The notes under the pieces were generated by a model that ran no database searches, was not told the DNA's origin, and was given only the letters and a program-made list of their open reading frames with translations. A program made the position numbers and the translations under genes. Positions 59,181-64,000 of a stretch of DNA of 64,000 nucleotides are shown piece after piece. Source of the stretch: the human T2T-CHM13v2.0 reference genome, Homo sapiens. How positions within the stretch are numbered: position 1 is the stretch's first letter; each line of letters begins with the position of its first letter. Where the stretch lies: assembly GCF_009914755.1 (NCBI RefSeq), contig NC_060947.1; one strand, given 5' to 3'.

Positions 59181-60033
59181 CTTGTTAGTTTTATAATCTT
59201 CCACTATCTTGGCTTTGTAGGGCAGAAGAGCTAATTTGTTTTCAGTGCCAAAAATACACTAGGGATCATTTTGCCTATGTCAATAGGGGTCATTTTGATG
59301 CTTACAAATAAAATAAAACTCTCTCATTCCCCAATAAAAGTTATTTATATTTGGAGAAATAGAAGAAAATGAATAAAACTGTTTCAGGATTCTTGAATAT
59401 GAACAAAGTATTATATACTTTAAAACATTATCACAATGCACACATAAATACACATGCAACAATAGAAGTAGAAGAAAATACAATATTTATCTTATTATCT
59501 TCCAATTCCAAATGAGAAAAATAAGGTGTAAGAATTGTACCCAAGATCATATGACTAGTGAGTGGTGAAGTATTTGAGTCTGGTCTGTCTGATTCTGATG
59601 GTCATACTTATTTACCTATGCCAGAAATGGCAAGCATAGCATGTATAAGCCACAAGTGACAAGATACTATGCTAAATATTTAAATATAACTGATATAACT
59701 GAATTTAGGATTATTACATGAAAATGTTGTTTGTCAGCTCAAAAATAAATAGGTAAGAGGAGACATATTGAGTAAAAGGTGGGAACTGCAAACTGGAGGG
59801 AAGGAAATATGTTTGCTGAAGAAAATACCTTTTCGGCGCCAATACCCCATTTTAAAAGTGCAACAAAATTAAATGAGCAAACAACAAAACTCACTGAGAG
59901 AACAAATGATTAAGAATCATCAAATTTTGAAACTAGAAGGAGTCTTAAAGGACATCTAGCTGACCTAGCTCACTTTCCCAAGGGTAAAACAGGCTCAGAG
60001 GAAGATGTCAATGAGTGAGACCAGTCCACTCCA

Positions 60034-60215
60034 CAATGGTATACAAACTTCAGTGTAACTTAAAAGCACTGCAGATCTTGTTAAATAGACAGATTCATGG
60101 GCTACTTTTACAGTGATTCTCATTTGGTTAGGGTGAGAGGTGGGACACGGGAATATGCCTTCTTAATAAGCTCTTCATGTGTTCTGATGAAGATGGTCCT
60201 TCTTCACATCACCTA
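60034..60215 (+). mobile_element. MER5A (hAT MITE)
   Basis: 'caaacttcagtgt...cttgttaaatagacagattcatgggc...ttaataagctc...ttctgatg'. Confidence 0.7.
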
Positions 60216-60669
60216 TTTCAGAGCAGGATTATCATTGTGAAAATGGATGGTCATGAAGAAGCTAACGTACATGCAGTATGTGTAATATTACATAATGATA
60301 ATTAGCTCAGTCTAGGAGACTCTTATGGTCAGGGGTCCCAAGAGGTAAACCTTAATATGTCATTATATCCCACAAACCCCTAGGATCATCATCAGTAATT
60401 CATTGCTCAGTCGCCTGTGAATCTAACAAGATCTCCTATTTCCTCAAGCACTTCAACATTTTAATCTTGGGGATAAGAATTTTGTTGGATTTACTACCTA
60501 CGGGAGCACTTCTGAAAAATGGGAAACAGGCTGGACATGCCCCAGCCCTCCGACTTGGTAAACGTTGTAGACACATAGTGGTCTCAAAGTCTTAGAGATG
60601 AAAGGATTTAGAGGCCACCCAGTCTTCACTCAGTGAAAGAATGTCACATGCCATTGGAAATTTTTTTTT

Positions 60670-60975
60670 TCAGATGTTTCTTTCTCGACAAGATCCACAC
60701 TACCTGACCACCTTTTTGAAAATTACCACCCCTTCTCAGCATTTCCATTCCTTTAATCTGTTCTACTAATTCCTTTTTCATCAAACTTATTACTTTGTAA
60801 AATAACATATAATTCGTATTGATTATGTTTCTTTTCTTTTCCTCTCTATATAGAATGTGAGTTCCATGAGGAAGAGGGCAGGGATCTTGATTTTGTTCCC
60901 TGCTGTATTCCCAAGGTGTAGAATGAAGACTGACACATAGTAAGTTCTCAATAAATATTTGTGGAATGTTGAATT
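60670..60975 (+). mobile_element. L2a 3' end
   Basis: 'tagaatgtgagttccatgagg...gacacatagtaagttctcaataaatatttgtggaatg'. Confidence 0.75.
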
Positions 60976-61039
60976 ATTTATTTATATAGGGTTGCAAAGT
61001 CTCTGATTAGATCTTCGCAGTGACAGGTTTATTTATAGT

Positions 61040-62170
61040 TCTTGTCTGATTGCTCTTGCAAGTATTTACAGTATTGTATTGAATAGAAGTGAGAAGAACA
61101 GGCATCCTTTCCTTGTACCAGATCTCTTAGGAAAAGCTTTCAATCTTTCTCCAATGATTATAAAATTAACTGTGGGATTTTCATAATTGGCCTTTACTAC
61201 ATTGAGGAAATTTCTTTATTTGCGTATTTCATTAAGAATTTTAACATGAAAAGATGTTGAATTTTTTTAGATGTTTTTCCTGCATCTGTTGAGATGATCA
61301 TGTTTTTAATTTTTTATTTTCTTAATGTAATGCATCACATTGATTGATTTGTACATGTTAAGGCAATCTTGCATCCCAGCGATAACTCCAACTTGGTCAT
61401 CATGTATAATCTTTTGGATGTGTTATTGAATTCAATCTGGTAGTATTTTGTTGAGAATGTTGTATCTATGCTCAAAAGAGCTATTGGCCTGTAGTTGTCT
61501 TTTATTGTGATGTCACTGTCTGGCTTGGGTATCAGGGTGATTCTGGCCTTTAAATGGACTTGGAAGTATTTCCTCTCCCGCATCGCCAAGTCAATCATAA
61601 GCCAAAAGAACAAAGCTGGAGGCATCACGCTACCTGACTTTTGGAAGACTTTAAAAATAATTCATATTGATTATTTTTTGAATGTTTGATAGAATTCAGC
61701 CATGAAACCATCTGGTCCTGGGCTTTGCTTTGGTGACAGGTTTTTTAGTATTACCTCAATCTCTTCATTTGTAGTTTGTTCAGACTTTCTATTTCTCCCA
61801 GGTATGTTGTGTGTCTCTAAAAAATTATCCATTTACTCTAGGTTATCCAGTTGATTGGCATATAATTAATCACAATTGTCCCTTACGATTCTTTTTTCTG
61901 TGAGGCATTTATTGTAACATCTCCTTTTCATTTCTGATTTTATTTGTCTTCCCTTCTTTTTATATTTTAGTCTAGCTAAAGGTTACTACATGTTGTTTAT
62001 ATTTTCAAAAAAGTCATCTCTTAGTTTTATACATTTTTTCCTAGTTTTTGTATACACTGATTTTTTTTTCTGATCTTTATTATTTTCTTTATTTAAATAA
62101 CTTTGGATTTAGTTTGTTTTATTATTTTACTAGATTCTTGAGGCATAAAGTTAGATTGTTTATTTGACAT
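61040..62170 (-). mobile_element. Old L1M ORF2 fragment
   Basis: Antisense ORF2 ([15 protein letters not shown]) in degenerate form. Confidence 0.85.
61577..61640 (+). mobile_element. 64-bp young L1PA ORF2 fragment inserted antiparallel within the old L1
   Basis: cccgcatcgccaagtcaatcataagccaaaagaacaaagctggaggcatcacgctacctgactt is 62/64 identical to 56379-56442. Confidence 0.9.
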
Positions 62171-62505
62171 CTTTTTAAATTTTTAATTCATGTGGTACAT
62201 ATTAGGTGTATATATTTATGGGATACATAAGATGTTTTAATATAGGCAAACAATGTGTAATAATCACATTATGAATAATGGGATATTTATTCCCTCAAGC
62301 ATTAATCCTTTGTGTTACAAACAGTCTAATTATTCTCTTTTAGTCATTGAAAATTTACAATTAAATTATAATTGGCCATGGCCACTCTGTTGTGCTATAA
62401 AATAGTCAGTTTTATTTGTTATTTATAAGTATACTTTTCGAACTTGTTAAGCATCCCCACATTCTCCCATCCTCCTACAACTCTTCCCTGCCTCTGGTAA
62501 CTATC
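62170..62505 (-). mobile_element. L1MA2/3-like 3' end
   Basis: 'gtacatattaggtgtatatatttatggg...ccctcaagcattaatcctttgtgttacaaac'. Confidence 0.8.
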
Positions 62506-63050
62506 TATATTAATCTGTTCTCAAACTACCATAAAGATACTATCTGAGACTGGGTAATTTCTGAGGAAAGAAGTTTAATTGACTCACAGTTCCACATGGC
62601 TGGAGAGACCTCAGGAAACTTAAAATTATGGCAGAAAGCAAAGGGGAAGCCAGGCACGTCTTACATGGTGGTGGGAGAGAGAGCTACCACAGGAGGATCT
62701 GTGACTTTTAAACCATCAGATCTTGTGAGAACTCCCTATCATGAGAACAGCATGGAGGAAAACCGCCCTCATGATCCAATCACCTTTCATCAGGTCCTGC
62801 CTTGGACACATGTTGTGGTTTACAACTCTAGATGAGATTTGGGTGGGGACACAGATCTCATCCATGTCATTCTTCCTGTGGCCCCTCCCAAATCTCATGT
62901 CCCTTTCACATTTCAAAACCAATCATGCCTTCCCAACAGTCCCCCAGCCAGAGTCTTAACTCATTCCATCATTAACTGAAAAGTCCAAGTCCAATGTCTC
63001 ATCTGAGACAAGGCAAGTCACTTCCACCTATGAGCCTGTAAAATCAAAAG
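62506..63050 (-). mobile_element. MSTA-like LTR (62506-62869) plus truncated internal segment
   Basis: 'ctgagactgggtaattt...gactcacagttccacatggctgg...gagatttgggtggggacacagat', then MST/THE1-int 'cccctcccaaatctcatgtcc'. Confidence 0.85.
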
Positions 63051-64000
63051 GGGTGATCCAATTTGCCCAATTTTGCTTTGGTTGCCTGTGCTTTTAGAGT
63101 ATGGCTCAAATATTTTTTGCACAGACCAATGTCCTAGAGAGTTTCCCCAATGTGTTCTTGTAGTAGTTTGACACCTTGATGTCTTAGATTTAAGTCTTTA
63201 ATCCATTTTGATTTGTTTTTGTATATGGTTAGAGAGAGGAGTCCAGTTTGATGATTTTGCATATGGATATCCACTTTTCCCAGCATTATTTCTTGAAGAA
63301 ACTATCTTTTCCCTAGTGCACGCTCTTGGCACCTTTGTCAAAATCAGTTGACTGAAAGTGTTTGAATTTGTTTCTGGGTTCTCTCTTTTGTTGCATTGGT
63401 CTAAGTGTTTTCTTTTAATGACAGTACCATGAGATTTTGATTACTGTATTTCTGTAGTATTATTTGAAGTTGGGTATTGTGATTCCTCCAGGTTTGTTTT
63501 CTTTGATTCAAATGGCTTTGGATATTTTGGATATTTTGTGGTTCTATGTAATTTTATTTCTGTGAAAAATGTCATTGCTATTTTGATAGGGATTGCATTG
63601 AATCTCTAGATTGCTTTGGTTAGTATGAATATTTTGACAATATTGATTATTCCAAACTATGAACATGGAATAACTTTCCATTTTTTGTGTCCTTTTCAAT
63701 TTCTTTCATCAGTGTTTTATAGTTTTCATTACAGATACTTTTACTTTTTGGTGAAGTTAATTCCTAGATATTTAAATTTATTTGTGGTTATTGTAAGTGT
63801 AATAACTTTTTAGTTTATTTTCCACATTGTTCTCTGTTGGCATATACAAATGCTACTGGTTTTGTATTTTGATTTTGTATCCTGCAACTTTACCAAATTT
63901 GTTTTTCAGTTCTTATAGTTTTTTGTTGAGTCTTCAGGTTTTTCCAAGCATATGATCATATCGTCTGCAAACATGGATATTTTGACTTCTTCTTTTAGGG
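63051..64000 (-). mobile_element. L1M/L1MA ORF2 (RT to C-terminal region), runs off the window
   Basis: Antisense ORF2; 'atatgatcatatcgtctgcaaac' near the window end reads FADDMI on the minus strand. Confidence 0.85.

Overview
AT-rich, CpG-poor primate (human-like) intergenic or deep-intronic DNA, made mostly of interspersed repeats: Alu, L1 of many ages, L2, MIR, MaLR (THE1/MST/MLT), ERV solo LTRs and hAT/piggyBac DNA transposons. I recognise no host protein-coding exon; every long ORF in the track maps to L1, THE1-internal, Alu or a piggyBac remnant. The best-supported non-routine elements are: (1) a TTAA-flanked, internally deleted MER75-ended piggyBac carrying the disrupted C-terminal part of a PGBD4-type transposase; (2) a TSD-flanked THE1 provirus with dissimilar LTRs, one interrupted by a twin-primed ~4.65 kb L1PA; (3) two older L1s with intact ends and TSDs but most of ORF2 missing; (4) a TSD-flanked 26-nt U6 retrocopy; (5) an L1 3' transduction; (6) a 64-bp young-L1 filler inside an old L1; (7) local templated duplications at L1 5' junctions. 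I see no evidence for a new gene system; the interest is in the mechanistic record of retrotransposition and DNA repair. Repeat subfamily names come from recalled consensus sequences and need RepeatMasker/Dfam confirmation; boundaries of old repeats are approximate.
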